NCBI GenBank assembly: GCA_046314355.1
Contig: JBKBWQ010000001.1
Location: forward strand, 1,024,001 to 1,088,000
Direction: 5' to 3'
Length of the DNA: 64,000 bases
Origin: Candidatus Altimarinota bacterium
GTDB lineage: Bacteria > Patescibacteriota > Gracilibacteria > 1-14-2-50-48-13
Position 1 is the stretch's first letter. Each line of letters opens with the position of its first letter. The notes beneath the pieces are model-generated. The model saw only the letters and a list, made by a program, of their open reading frames with translations, did not search any database and was not told where the DNA came from. The translations under genes were made by a program, and so were the position numbers. Below are positions 21,031-32,009 of this stretch, piece by piece.

Positions 21031-22569
21031 ATGCCTGCTCGTATTCATTCAGTCGCTGTTGTAGGGCTTCATTCAGAAGGAGTCGAGGTAGAAGTAGACG
21101 TGTCCAGACAAATGCCGGCATTCTCTATCGTCGGACTTCCAGACACAGCTGTGCAGGAATCCAGAGAACGCGTCCGAAGTGCTACAAAAAATTCAGGAAA
21201 TGCTTTTCCAAATAAACGCATTGTTGTAAATCTTGCCCCTGCAGATGTCAGAAAGCAAGGTCCATCCTTTGATCTCCCTATTGCCATAGGTATATTGGTC
21301 GCATCAGAACAGATAGTTCAAGAAGAAGTAAATAATATTCTTTTTGCGGGAGAGTTAGCTCTCAATGGAGAGCTAAGACATATCAATGGTGCTTTATCTA
21401 TAGCGCTCTATGGAAAAAGAAAAGGGTTTAAAGCAGTAATACTGCCTATGATGAATACAAAAGAAGCAGCCCTTATAGAAGGTATTACTATCCTGGGAGC
21501 AAATAACTTAGGAGAAGTAATACAGTATCTTACAGGAGATTCTGAAGCACTCCGTCCGGTAACTTACGATTTAGAAGAACTTAAAAAAGAAGCGCTGCCT
21601 TACGTTTACCAGACAGATATGAAGGATATCCATGGTCAGCAGCAAGCAAAAAGAGCATTAGAGATAGCCGCAGCTGGAGGACATAATATTCTTTTCAACG
21701 GTCCCCCCGGATCAGGAAAGACACTGCTTGCAAAAGCACTACAGTCTATCCTCCCGCCCATGACATTAGAAGAATCTATCGACTTAACATGTATATATTC
21801 CAATGCAGGACTACTTCAAAAAAATATATCCTTAGTTTTCGAAAGACCATTTAGAAGTGTCCACCATACAGCTTCAGGTATATCCATCATTGGCGGAGGT
21901 AAATTCCCTAAACCAGGAGAGATCTCGCTTGCCCATAAAGGAGTACTATTTATGGATGAACTCGCTGAATTTCCAAAGGAAGTACTTGAACTCCTCAGAC
22001 AACCGCTGGAAGATAGAGTAATATCGGTATCCCGAGTACAAGGATCACATACCTTCCCTGCGAGCTTTATGCTCGTCGCAGCTATGAATCCATGTCCCTG
22101 CGGCTACGCCACAGATCCGGAAAAAGAATGTACCTGCAGCGAAATGCAGATAATGAAATATCAGAAGAAAATATCAGGACCTTTTATGGACCGAATTGAT
22201 ATGTTCCTGGAAGTACCCAGATTATCTTTTCAGGATCTACAGAACAAAGAATATGTGCCGGAATCCTCTGAGGCAGTACGAAAGAGAGTAGAAGCAGCTC
22301 GGATAGCACAGCAAAAGCGCTTAAAAAAACATACTCTTAAATCTTATACTACCAACGCAGAGATGAACAACGAGGCAGTACGAAAATACTGCACTCTCTC
22401 AAGTGAAGGAACAAAGCTCATAAAGAAAGCAGTTACCGAGCTCAGGCTATCCACAAGATCCTACTTCCGCTTATTAAAACTTGCGAGAACTATAGCTGAT
22501 CTTGAAGGAAATGATGTCATCGAAGTACAGCATATCGCTGAAGCACTACAGTATAGGAGAAGAGAGTAA
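21031..22569 (+). CDS. comM: YifB/ComM family Mg-chelatase-like AAA+ ATPase
   Basis: VGLPDTAVQESRERV, NLAPAD, GPPGSGKT, PGEISLAHKGVLFMDE, MNPCPCG. Confidence 0.93.
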   Translation: MPARIHSVAVVGLHSEGVEVEVDVSRQMPAFSIVGLPDTAVQESRERVRSATKNSGNAFPNKRIVVNLAPADVRKQGPSFDLPIAIGILVASEQIVQEEVNNILFAGELALNGELRHINGALSIALYGKRKGFKAVILPMMNTKEAALIEGITILGANNLGEVIQYLTGDSEALRPVTYDLEELKKEALPYVYQTDMKDIHGQQQAKRALEIAAAGGHNILFNGPPGSGKTLLAKALQSILPPMTLEESIDLTCIYSNAGLLQKNISLVFERPFRSVHHTASGISIIGGGKFPKPGEISLAHKGVLFMDELAEFPKEVLELLRQPLEDRVISVSRVQGSHTFPASFMLVAAMNPCPCGYATDPEKECTCSEMQIMKYQKKISGPFMDRIDMFLEVPRLSFQDLQNKEYVPESSEAVRKRVEAARIAQQKRLKKHTLKSYTTNAEMNNEAVRKYCTLSSEGTKLIKKAVTELRLSTRSYFRLLKLARTIADLEGNDVIEVQHIAEALQYRRRE

Positions 22570-24387
22570 CTACTTATAGTCTACTTCATTCAAAAACCAG
22601 ATAGCATCAACTGGAGAATGTAACTTTATTCTAAATTCAGTAAGATTCCCTTCACACTCAAAAGTAATCTTATGATCAGGATCCAAATACTTATCAAATG
22701 CTTTCTCAAGAGGTCGAATAATCTTGGTCATAAAATCACTCTTACTAACGGAGTAGGCTGAAAGAGGCAGCTCTTTACTCTCTATCTGATGAGCCGGTGC
22801 TTTCATAAGAAGGGTAAGAACTTGTATTGCATATACTTGGCTAGGGAGATCGTTGGAGTTAAGTTTGTTACCATTAAGAATAATTTTCTCAGTCACCGTG
22901 TTGATAAGTACTTTTACTTTCTCTAACTCAGCTTTGTCTTCCACTAGCTTTTTCTCATGGTAGTTACTAATCCATGTGTGATTGGAATAATTTTTAAGCC
23001 AATCACTGTAATGCTTCTTCTCACGGTACATTTCTAGTTTTGCTCCTTCGGTACCAATGCCGTCGAGGAGGGAGTCGTAGTCAAGAGATACATTATGGTG
23101 TTTATGAAAATCAGCGTTTATAAAATCCTCATAAAAATAAGGGAAAGAGCTCTTTGAAATAGCGTATAATAGTTTTGCATCACCGGTAATTCCTTTTTCC
23201 TGTAAAAAATATATATTGTCCTCACTAGACAAATCTTCAAAAAATTTATTAAATGTTTTTTCAAACTTACTAAATTTATATGACAAATCATCATCGTATA
23301 TCACATTAAACATATCTCTTAGCTGTTTAAGAGCAATAATTAACTCTTTAATATTATTTGCATCAAAGTTTTCAACAAACCTTTTAATAATATTTGTTGA
23401 ATAGAAATTGATGATGGATAACTTTGATTCTAATATCTCATTTGGTTTATCAACTGAAGAGAAAAATTTATTATTTTCAAATAGTGAAGCATTATCGATA
23501 ATAAACTCATTTATGTATTTTACTTTTTTTTGAACACTGAATCCATATTCTTCATAGTGAACTTGTTTTTTAAATCCCGGATATACGATACCAAATCTAA
23601 TTAACCACTTGGCTTTTTCATTTAAGGCAGTATCGAAAGTATTTCCCCAATATTGTATTTTATCAATTAAATTATACTGTTCTTTATTTAAATAATGCGG
23701 AAACTTAGTATAAGTATCATATTCATTTATACCTATTCGTTTTTCAGTCATATACATAACAGGAAAATTTGATGACACTAAACAATTAAATACTTCACCT
23801 CCACACGCAGGCAGGGAAGTAGAATATTCTAGTAAAAGAAATATCTTCCATAATAATCTAAACACTAAATTAAATAGTGTTTCATTTTTATACGAATCAT
23901 ATTTATTAGATATTAAATCAAAAAATGATTTATCTATAATACTGAATGCCAAAAGAATACAAAGTCCTAATGATGTATATATAGGACATACATCTAACCA
24001 TTCATTTTCTGATAGAATATAGATATCAAGTCCTTCATTATTAAAGTTATCTGAGTAATTCTCTTTCAGAAAATTCGTTAATCGTTTTAATCCTTCTGGA
24101 TCTAAAAATGCATCAATCGGAGTTTCGATGATCTTTCCTCTATGCTGAGAATATGTTTTAAAAGACTTATATCTTATTTCATTAAGTCCATTTTTTCTTA
24201 CACCTACATATGTTCTTAATGGTAGTTTTTGTATTAAAGAAATACCTCCAAAATGAACAGAGAATCCTCCTGCCCAAGCAAAAAGAATTGGTGCTGAAAC
24301 TACAATATCGCATTGTGCAAAAAATTCTTCAAATTCTAATAAAAATTCTTTCTTTATCGATTCAGAATTATTTTTCAGTCGTTCCAT
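22570..24387 (-). CDS. hypothetical protein with GHMP-kinase-like N-terminus
   Basis: VVSAPILFAWAGGFSVHFGG..LPLRTYVG resembles GHMP motif I; very AT-rich. Confidence 0.5.
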   Translation of the reverse strand: MERLKNNSESIKKEFLLEFEEFFAQCDIVVSAPILFAWAGGFSVHFGGISLIQKLPLRTYVGVRKNGLNEIRYKSFKTYSQHRGKIIETPIDAFLDPEGLKRLTNFLKENYSDNFNNEGLDIYILSENEWLDVCPIYTSLGLCILLAFSIIDKSFFDLISNKYDSYKNETLFNLVFRLLWKIFLLLEYSTSLPACGGEVFNCLVSSNFPVMYMTEKRIGINEYDTYTKFPHYLNKEQYNLIDKIQYWGNTFDTALNEKAKWLIRFGIVYPGFKKQVHYEEYGFSVQKKVKYINEFIIDNASLFENNKFFSSVDKPNEILESKLSIINFYSTNIIKRFVENFDANNIKELIIALKQLRDMFNVIYDDDLSYKFSKFEKTFNKFFEDLSSEDNIYFLQEKGITGDAKLLYAISKSSFPYFYEDFINADFHKHHNVSLDYDSLLDGIGTEGAKLEMYREKKHYSDWLKNYSNHTWISNYHEKKLVEDKAELEKVKVLINTVTEKIILNGNKLNSNDLPSQVYAIQVLTLLMKAPAHQIESKELPLSAYSVSKSDFMTKIIRPLEKAFDKYLDPDHKITFECEGNLTEFRIKLHSPVDAIWFLNEVDYK

Positions 24388-24536
24388 TATTTATAAGAAG
24401 CATCTATTTAATCAAAATCATACAACAAAAAACAATATTTGCAATACTATGATTATATGTAAATATATTAAATAACTTCTTTAATATACTCTGCATCAGA
24501 ATGCTAATTCAAGCTTGTTGTAAAATAATTACAACA

Positions 24537-25256
24537 CTAAAGAGTATTAACTAATTCAAAAATATATCTTTTTTGATTATTTTGAGCATGATAATCAATA
24601 AATTCTTGAGGAATAAAAGATTGTTTTTCACAAATCTCTTTTAATTGATTTTTATTTGGCAAATAAAGTAAATGTTTATTATCTTTACCCCATATAAATT
24701 CTAATACACCTAAATTATCTAATTCGATTCGAAATTTACTAGCATAATCAAGTATGGCATCCATATATTCTTCTTGAAAAGGCAAATCACCAATAATAAT
24801 TTTCTTTTTATCAAATTTATTTATTTCTGTTAATAGATACTCTAAGCCTTCTTTAGAACCTACCTCTGACAATACAGTCCAGTTCATAAAAACAAATAAT
24901 TGTTCTCCTACAAATTTATGAAAATCCGTATTAAAAAAACTTTCATGTTTTATCTCAATACTTGAATTTAATTTAAACTCATTTTTTAATTTCTCAAAAT
25001 AGCCATCTGCAATATCAATAGCTACTGAACCTTTTGGCTTAAAAAGTTTATCTAATTCGTTCACAAAACGTCCTGTTCCAGCTCCTAAGTGTAAAAAAAT
25101 ACTATTTTCAATATTATTATACTTTTTAATTTTTTCACTCATTATTTTTAATTCTTCAGAGCTATTTGTGACATTTTCTATTCTCTCTGCTAAAGCTGCT
25201 TTGTCATAAAACTCCTTCGCTCTCCTAGCCTGTTCTTCAAATCTCTCTTTCTCCAT
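24537..25256 (-). CDS. class I SAM-dependent methyltransferase
   Basis: Motif I FLHLGAGTGR, post-I VAIDIA. Confidence 0.7.
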   Translation of the reverse strand: MEKERFEEQARRAKEFYDKAALAERIENVTNSSEELKIMSEKIKKYNNIENSIFLHLGAGTGRFVNELDKLFKPKGSVAIDIADGYFEKLKNEFKLNSSIEIKHESFFNTDFHKFVGEQLFVFMNWTVLSEVGSKEGLEYLLTEINKFDKKKIIIGDLPFQEEYMDAILDYASKFRIELDNLGVLEFIWGKDNKHLLYLPNKNQLKEICEKQSFIPQEFIDYHAQNNQKRYIFELVNTL

Positions 25257-25338
25257 ACATCACAAAAAAATTAGTTTGATATTGTTTATACCTATTCTCT
25301 ATAAACATCAATAGAAAATGATTTTTTATTTATTCAAG

Positions 25339-26301
25339 TTATCCAATTTCTCTCAAAACTCTCACTCTGTCTTCTACTGCTGGATGGGTAGAGAAGAGAT
25401 TCTGGAATATACTAGTCCTGCTCCCATGATCGCCTAATGGATTCTCGATACACATCTGTGCCACACTTCTATTTTCTATTACTTCTATTCTCGCATCTCC
25501 AGATATCTTCTGTAATGCCGTTATAAGATGTTCACCGGTCTTTGTAAGTTCTACGGATCCTGCGTCAGCAAGGTACTCTCTCTTACGTGATATAGCGAGC
25601 TGTACGATGGTTGTGAATAAGAATCCAAGAATAAATACTACTAACTTAATAGCTAAGATAATAAGCATGGCATTTCCTCCATTTTTATTATCTGAAGAGA
25701 TATTGATATGTGAACGTAAGAATACTTCAGAAACTGTCTGAATTATGCCTACAAATATAATAGCTACTACCATTAACCTAATATCTCTATTCATAATGTG
25801 TGTCAGCTCATGAGCAGCGACTGCTTCTAATTCATCTTTGTTTAATGCATTTAATATTCCTCTTGAAAAGGATATGAGAGCATTTTTTGGGGAGAGTCCT
25901 GATGCAAAGGCATTCATGGATTCATCTTCAATAATATAGAGCTTAGGCATAGGTAGCCCTCTGGAAATACAGAGTCTCTCAACAATATCGTAAATCATCG
26001 GATTATCTTTTCTATCTAGCGGCTTCGACTGAGTCATGGCAAGTATCATTTTCTGATGAAACAGCCATGCTATGAGAAACCATACGGCAACACCGCTGAA
26101 GATATATCCTATAAATGAATACAGCATCTCCCATGCACTCATGGGTGCGGACTCAAGCGGTACTCCTTCTGCACTGACAATTCCAGTAAAGATGAGAAAT
26201 ACCAGCAAACATAAAATACATGGAAATAATGCCAGTAGAATAAGAGAGCGGATATTATTACTCCAGATAAAAGACTGGAGACCAAGTATTTTTTGAGCCA
26301 T
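25339..26301 (-). CDS. htpX: M48 family zinc metalloprotease HtpX
   Basis: MNAFASG, AHELTH, SRKREYLADAG, LFSTHP. Confidence 0.93.
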   Translation of the reverse strand: MAQKILGLQSFIWSNNIRSLILLALFPCILCLLVFLIFTGIVSAEGVPLESAPMSAWEMLYSFIGYIFSGVAVWFLIAWLFHQKMILAMTQSKPLDRKDNPMIYDIVERLCISRGLPMPKLYIIEDESMNAFASGLSPKNALISFSRGILNALNKDELEAVAAHELTHIMNRDIRLMVVAIIFVGIIQTVSEVFLRSHINISSDNKNGGNAMLIILAIKLVVFILGFLFTTIVQLAISRKREYLADAGSVELTKTGEHLITALQKISGDARIEVIENRSVAQMCIENPLGDHGSRTSIFQNLFSTHPAVEDRVRVLREIG

Positions 26302-26305
26302 ATAA

Positions 26306-26857
26306 CTAGATTTTGATATCTACAGGTTGATCTATCACACTTTTTTCATCACCTACATCAAAGAATTTTTCCTCATGAAATCCAAATACTTTGCATAAAA
26401 GATTATTTGGAAAACTGCCAATAGTAGAATTATACTCTTTCGTAGCATTATTAAAAAATCTTCTTGCTGCCGCTATTTTATTTTCAATATCAGAGAGTTC
26501 CTGCTGAAGAGAGAGAAAATTCTGATTAGCTTTCAGATCAGGATACTGTTCAGCTACTGCAAAAAGTCCATGCAGACTTCCTACTAAAGCACTTTCTTTA
26601 GCAGCTTTCTCTGAGAGACTGCCTGCCTTCATTGCATCCGCTCTCAAAGAAGTGATCTTATCCAATGTATCTTTTTCATGTGCAGCATATCCTTTTACAG
26701 TCTCAACAAGATTAGGGATAAGATCATACCTCAGCTTCATCTGAACATCAATATCCGAGAACGCCTGTTTCCTATTATTTATGAGAGTAATAATACGGTT
26801 GTAAATCACTACAAATAATCCCGCGATCACTACTAGTACAACAATCAATGCATTCAT
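26306..26857 (-). CDS. lemA: LemA family protein
   Basis: RYDLIPNLVETVKGYAAHE, AEQYPDLKANQNF, ARRFFN; start at ATG 26857. Confidence 0.95.
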   Translation of the reverse strand: MNALIVVLVVIAGLFVVIYNRIITLINNRKQAFSDIDVQMKLRYDLIPNLVETVKGYAAHEKDTLDKITSLRADAMKAGSLSEKAAKESALVGSLHGLFAVAEQYPDLKANQNFLSLQQELSDIENKIAAARRFFNNATKEYNSTIGSFPNNLLCKVFGFHEEKFFDVGDEKSVIDQPVDIKI

Positions 26858-26915
26858 ATTATTCAGCAAGAAAATGATACCATCATTGTAGGCAAGAAGA
26901 GTTTCAAATGCAATC

Positions 26916-27722
26916 TTATGCAAGAAAGAAGGCATTCTGATACCAATCAAGAATACCTGGTGCAAAGAAGTATGCAACTAAAGCTCCAAAACACAAGAAA
27001 GGAGCAAATGGTATAGTAGCTTTAGGTTTATCCTTTAGTAAAACTATATATAGACTATAAAGTGCTCCACTAAATATAGCTGCGTACAGCGCAACAATAC
27101 TATGACCTAGACCAAGGAAACTTCCAAGGAACATTCCAAGATAGATATCTCCTTCTCCAAATGCTTCTTTTTTAAATAAAAGTTTTCCTCCGACTCTAAA
27201 TAAAATAAAGACAGACAGAAAAAATATTATTCCAGAAAGGCTTTCCATAAATGACAGTGGCATTCCCAGAACTGCTGAACTCACTATATAAAATCCAGTG
27301 GCAATGAGTAGCCCTCCAATAGGAAATGCCTGAATATAAATATCAACAATACTAATGTAGACAAGTATAGACACAAATATTAAAACAAGAACAAGCTTAA
27401 TAATGGCCGTTATCTCAAAGGTAAGCAACACGTCCGTAAGAAGAGAAGTTCCAGCAATAACAAAGAGTAGAGCTGTTACACTTTCTACAAAAATATAGAG
27501 AAGAGAAATATTTTCACCGCAGGTTCGGCATTTTCCTTTATAGAAAATAAAACTAAGAATTGGCACCAAATCTACTGCTTCCAGTGTACGTCTGCAGCTC
27601 ATGCATGCGGACCTTCCCCATGCATCTATCTCATGTTCATTGATCACCCGGAAAGCACGGGCAGCCATATAGCTTCCAATACATGCTCCAAGAAGTGCTA
27701 AAAAGATAATTGTAATAATCAT
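26916..27722 (-). CDS. pilD: prepilin peptidase (A24)
   Basis: RSACMSC..DLVPILSF..GKCRTC, FGEGD, IPFAPFL. Confidence 0.9.
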   Translation of the reverse strand: MIITIIFLALLGACIGSYMAARAFRVINEHEIDAWGRSACMSCRRTLEAVDLVPILSFIFYKGKCRTCGENISLLYIFVESVTALLFVIAGTSLLTDVLLTFEITAIIKLVLVLIFVSILVYISIVDIYIQAFPIGGLLIATGFYIVSSAVLGMPLSFMESLSGIIFFLSVFILFRVGGKLLFKKEAFGEGDIYLGMFLGSFLGLGHSIVALYAAIFSGALYSLYIVLLKDKPKATIPFAPFLCFGALVAYFFAPGILDWYQNAFFLA

Positions 27723-29206
27723 AATGATACTTGTTGAGTCGATAAATCATTATAGAGTTTCACAGCGTTATCTCCAATGCTTGTACCCTTACCTTTTTCA
27801 TACGCAGCATAGTAATGCACCTTTGCTTCGTCAGTTTTTCCTTCTATCTGATCAAGCTTACCAAGGTTGAGATACAGAGCAGCCATGCTTGGATCTCGTT
27901 TGATACCTCTTTCAAGAGCGGTGCGAGCCTCTTTTACCTTCCCAGCAGCCGTATATGCCCAGCCAAGGAGATTATCTGTCACTGCATTATTTGGAAACTG
28001 TTTCTCTGCAGTTAAAGCAAGTTCTAGCGCCTTTGAGGGCTGCTTTGTAGTCTCAATATAGATCCAGATTGGTTTTACATACGCATCTGGAGAAGCAGGC
28101 TTAGTTTTTGTAAATACTGTAGTGTACTGCTCTAAAGCTAAATCATAATTTTTATTATCAACATACAGATCTGCAAGACGGGATCTGACCTCTATTTCTT
28201 TTTCAAATTGATTACCCACAGCAAGCACATAGAAAGAAATAGCTTTTTCACGGTTTCCACGCCGGTCATGGGCAAGACCAAGTAAATACTGGATATATGC
28301 TTTTGTAGTATCAAGTGTATAAGCAGATTCCAAGGAGGCAAGACCTAGCGAATTCTTCCCAATAAGTAGATAATTGTAGCCTAAAAGTGTCCATGCATCT
28401 CTATAGGATTTATCCGCCAAAAGAATCTGCCGGAGGAGTGGAATAGCGAGTTCTGAATAACCTGCTTCAGTTATAGACTTGGCGTGGAGGGCTTTTAGAT
28501 ATCCATCAGAACCATCTTTAAAAGTTGAAAATACGAGATAGTGGTCTACTAATGCGTGAGCTATACTAGCTTCTTTACTTCCTGGTGCTTTTTCTTTTAC
28601 TTGATTACAATAATTCTCTGTCTCTTCCCGCGAATTTTTGTAAGCACTCAAGATACACTGCATATATAATTTCTGAACATTTGCCTCTGAAATACTAGAT
28701 AAACTCTCAGAGATATCATTTACCGCTTGTTCAGCATTTTTTTCATTCATCATGTGCATTTTTACATCGAGAGTTTTTATGCGCATTGATACATTTTGAG
28801 GATTTTTCTGAAGTAAGGCTGTATAAATTTCTACAGCTTTTTCATAATTTTTCATTTTCATAAAAATATTTGCTCTTTTTTGATCAACAAGTGCAATATC
28901 TGTAGTCTTTTCAGAGGCGCGAGTTAGAGCTGTGAGCGCCTTATCATAGATACCCTGAGCCTCATAGGCATCTGCTGCCTGTATAAGATCAGTAAATGAG
29001 CTTGAGCTTGTAGTAGGTTTGACTGGGGCACTATTCTGATTTGTAGAAAGAGTTACACCCGAATTAGTAAGTGGTAGCGCATTTATCGGTAATTCAATAA
29101 TAGGCTTTCCTATTTTCTGCGGAAAAAAAAGTACTAATACAGCTATAGCAACGATAGCTCCTGAGAGAATATAAAGAATAATATAAACGGAAACAGACTT
29201 ATTCAT
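27719..29206 (-). CDS. membrane-anchored TPR repeat protein
   Basis: N-terminal TM followed by many TPR-like repeats. Confidence 0.85.
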   Translation of the reverse strand: MNKSVSVYIILYILSGAIVAIAVLVLFFPQKIGKPIIELPINALPLTNSGVTLSTNQNSAPVKPTTSSSSFTDLIQAADAYEAQGIYDKALTALTRASEKTTDIALVDQKRANIFMKMKNYEKAVEIYTALLQKNPQNVSMRIKTLDVKMHMMNEKNAEQAVNDISESLSSISEANVQKLYMQCILSAYKNSREETENYCNQVKEKAPGSKEASIAHALVDHYLVFSTFKDGSDGYLKALHAKSITEAGYSELAIPLLRQILLADKSYRDAWTLLGYNYLLIGKNSLGLASLESAYTLDTTKAYIQYLLGLAHDRRGNREKAISFYVLAVGNQFEKEIEVRSRLADLYVDNKNYDLALEQYTTVFTKTKPASPDAYVKPIWIYIETTKQPSKALELALTAEKQFPNNAVTDNLLGWAYTAAGKVKEARTALERGIKRDPSMAALYLNLGKLDQIEGKTDEAKVHYYAAYEKGKGTSIGDNAVKLYNDLSTQQVSL

Positions 29207-30134
29207 AAACAGAAGGTAAGAAGCTCGATATGAAAAAATGTTCTACGGCGAGCTTTTTATTAATAAAAGAGGCAAAATCTTTCTTTAGCTGCAGCAGGTT
29301 CTTATGAACTCTTGTGAGCTCAGAGATAGTATCTTTATCTATTGTACTCATCTTGAACCGTTCTTCAATAGCCATCTCCATTTGGAAGAAAAAAATGTTT
29401 TTTCTAGAGAATACATTATCATCCTTTTCACTATCCTTTGCAGATAAATAAAGAAAATCCAGCATGATTATCCGCTCTGTAAGTGATTTCTTTTTATTAA
29501 ATACTTCCTTTGTATATTCACCTATCTGCTGCCAGACTTTATAAAAATCTTGATCCTGCAGTTTTGCAGCAAGTTCTATCTTTGATCCTATATTTTCCGT
29601 ATCAGGTATAAATGAAGAATACAGATCTTCAGTCATAGTACATGGTACCACTTGTACTCTAGAGATAATAGTAGGTAAAACTTCATAGACAGAACTTGTA
29701 GTGAGTAGAAAAAGGGTTTCCACCGGAGGTTCTTCGAGTATCTTTAAAAGAGCATTTGCAGCCTCATTATTGGCATTATGACTATTGAGACGTTCAATAT
29801 TTTCAATAATAACAATATGCCTTCTCCCTCGAGCAGACTGAGTAAGTTTTGTACGAAGTGTCTTTGACTCATCAATACTGATCCTCTCACCTGTATCAGG
29901 GAGAATATGCATATCAAAATTCTGCTGCAGAGATATTATCTGCGCATCATCAAGCTGAGCTGCTTTCATAGCAAAATACTTTGCCCAATAAATCTGACCT
30001 TCCCATAATCCGCCGGAGATCAAAAAAGCATGAGATCTTAAGTTATCCTGAGTGATTGCCTTTTCAAGCAATGATAGCGGATGCAATGGAGGAAGTTTTC
30101 TTAAGACATCTCCAATTATTGTTTCATATTCCAT
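29199..30134 (-). CDS. holB: DNA polymerase III delta-prime subunit
   Basis: SHAFLISG, AANALLKILEEPP, LPTIISR. Confidence 0.85.
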   Translation of the reverse strand: MEYETIIGDVLRKLPPLHPLSLLEKAITQDNLRSHAFLISGGLWEGQIYWAKYFAMKAAQLDDAQIISLQQNFDMHILPDTGERISIDESKTLRTKLTQSARGRRHIVIIENIERLNSHNANNEAANALLKILEEPPVETLFLLTTSSVYEVLPTIISRVQVVPCTMTEDLYSSFIPDTENIGSKIELAAKLQDQDFYKVWQQIGEYTKEVFNKKKSLTERIIMLDFLYLSAKDSEKDDNVFSRKNIFFFQMEMAIEERFKMSTIDKDTISELTRVHKNLLQLKKDFASFINKKLAVEHFFISSFLPSVYE

Positions 30135-31399
30135 TCCTCAGATTGACGTACTAAAAGTGCAGAAGCATCTGCAGGGTTTTTCATAATAGCTTTAATAAAT
30201 CTTTCAAGACGCACTTTATTCTGAGATCCTTTCACCAGGATGATGTCCCCCTGTTCTCTCTGCTTTGCATAAAAAGATGCCGCCTGCAGAGCATCATCAA
30301 AAGCAAAGAACTGATCCTCTGGAAAACCTTGTTTTATTGCTTCTTTGGCAGCGATCTGAGGTCCAGGTCCTACCGTAATAAGCATATCTACATTTTCCGG
30401 TATAAATTTTCCTATTTGAGCATGGAGTTTATTACTCTGATCTCCTAACTCATTCATATTCCCAAACACAAATACTCTTCTCCCGCTTGTCATATTTCCC
30501 AAGAGACCTAATGCTTTTTCAACAGCAAGAGGAGAAGCATTATATGAACTATCTATAATAGTTGTAGCACCTTTTCCAGGTATAAGATTCATCCGTCCTG
30601 CAGGAAGACGGTAATCTAAAAGAGCTTTCTGTATCTTATCAGTAGTCATGCCAAGTCTATACGCAAGCATAATAGCAGGAAGCAGTACTTCCACATGCCA
30701 TGTGCCCAGGATAGGACAAGAAAACATTATCTTTTCTCCATTTATATCGCAGGTAAAAGAGAGACCTTGAATAGAGGATTCAATAGCGTCTTCTTCACCT
30801 ACTTGATGTGATACAGAATACAGTCCTAGCTCCGCAGGATTTTTATACTTTTTTATAAACTGCTGCTGATACGGATCATCTGCATTCATTAATATAAAAT
30901 TATCCTTCTTATGCGATACAGCTCTCTGCAGAATAACGTCTTCTTCAAACATAGCTTCAAGAGAAGGAAACTGTCCCTCAGAAAGATGATTCTCAGAAAT
31001 ACGGGTCATGACTGCAATATCCGGCACTACGATATCTAAAAGCACTTTCATATCCCCCGGCTGATCAGTACCCATTTCAAGGATAAGGAAATCTACCGGT
31101 TTTACATTTAAAAATGTCTTTTTAAATGCTCTAAACAATACTTTCAGCCAGGATTTTGCTGATCCTAGTCCGCTTTTTTCTTCTAAGATAGTAAGATATA
31201 TGCCAAAATCAGTATTATAACTTGAACTACTTTTTAACACTGTAAAATTTTTCCCTAAGATATGAGCAATAGCCTCTTTTGTAGAAGTTTTTCCTACAGA
31301 TCCAGAGATACCTATAATCATCGGAGAAAGCTTTTTAAGCCTCCTGCGTGCCACTACTCCTAAAAGTGAGAGAACTGCTTTGCGAAATATATCTTTCAT
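30116..31399 (-). CDS. murF: UDP-N-acetylmuramoyl-tripeptide--D-Ala-D-Ala ligase
   Basis: GISGSVGKTSTKE, IIDSSYNASP, GNMNELG, LVKGS. Confidence 0.92.
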   Translation of the reverse strand: MKDIFRKAVLSLLGVVARRRLKKLSPMIIGISGSVGKTSTKEAIAHILGKNFTVLKSSSSYNTDFGIYLTILEEKSGLGSAKSWLKVLFRAFKKTFLNVKPVDFLILEMGTDQPGDMKVLLDIVVPDIAVMTRISENHLSEGQFPSLEAMFEEDVILQRAVSHKKDNFILMNADDPYQQQFIKKYKNPAELGLYSVSHQVGEEDAIESSIQGLSFTCDINGEKIMFSCPILGTWHVEVLLPAIMLAYRLGMTTDKIQKALLDYRLPAGRMNLIPGKGATTIIDSSYNASPLAVEKALGLLGNMTSGRRVFVFGNMNELGDQSNKLHAQIGKFIPENVDMLITVGPGPQIAAKEAIKQGFPEDQFFAFDDALQAASFYAKQREQGDIILVKGSQNKVRLERFIKAIMKNPADASALLVRQSEEWNMKQ

Positions 31400-31493
31400 G
31401 AATAATGAGAAAAAACGTGAGTACTTTCATGTTTACCTGAACACATGGAAATGTCTAGGAAAACTAGCCAATAAACTAAAGATAAATATTATT

Positions 31494-31521
31494 TTGCTCT
31501 CCCAATATACTCTGATACAAT
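31494..31521 (+). promoter_or_regulatory. promoter for smpB
   Basis: TTGCTC-N16-TACAAT with extended -10 TGn. Confidence 0.5.
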
Positions 31522-31543
31522 ATTAGTACATTATTTTCTCCAC

Positions 31544-32008
31544 ATGAGCGCAAAAAAAGCACACGAAGCAATCGTGAACAAAAAGGCATATTTTGATTAT
31601 GAAGTTCTACATGAATTCGAAGCAGGAATTGTATTAGAAGGATCAGAAGTAAAATCTATACGAATCGGTAACGTAAATCTGAAGGGTAATTTTGTGCATT
31701 TCTGGAAAAACAGTTTCCATATAGAAAATATGCACATATCGCCATATAAGTATGCGGCTCAAGAAGTCATCAATCCTTTGAGACAGCGGCGTTTGCTTTT
31801 GAATAAAAAAGAAATTGATAAAATATTAGCTGAAATAAAGCAAAAAGGTATCTCTGCAGTAGTACTTGAGATTTATTTTAAAAAACGGCTTGTGAAGGCA
31901 AAGATCGGAGTAGTTCGTGGTAAGAAACTCTTTGATAAACGTGAAACTCTTAAGAAAAAAGAAGAGCAGCGTTCAACAGAACGTGCTCTAAAGTCTTTTC
32001 TAAAATAA
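31544..32008 (+). CDS. smpB: SsrA-binding protein
   Basis: NKKAYFDY, EAGIVLEGSEVKS, GKKLFDKRE. Confidence 0.97.
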   Translation: MSAKKAHEAIVNKKAYFDYEVLHEFEAGIVLEGSEVKSIRIGNVNLKGNFVHFWKNSFHIENMHISPYKYAAQEVINPLRQRRLLLNKKEIDKILAEIKQKGISAVVLEIYFKKRLVKAKIGVVRGKKLFDKRETLKKKEEQRSTERALKSFLK

Positions 32009-32009
32009 A

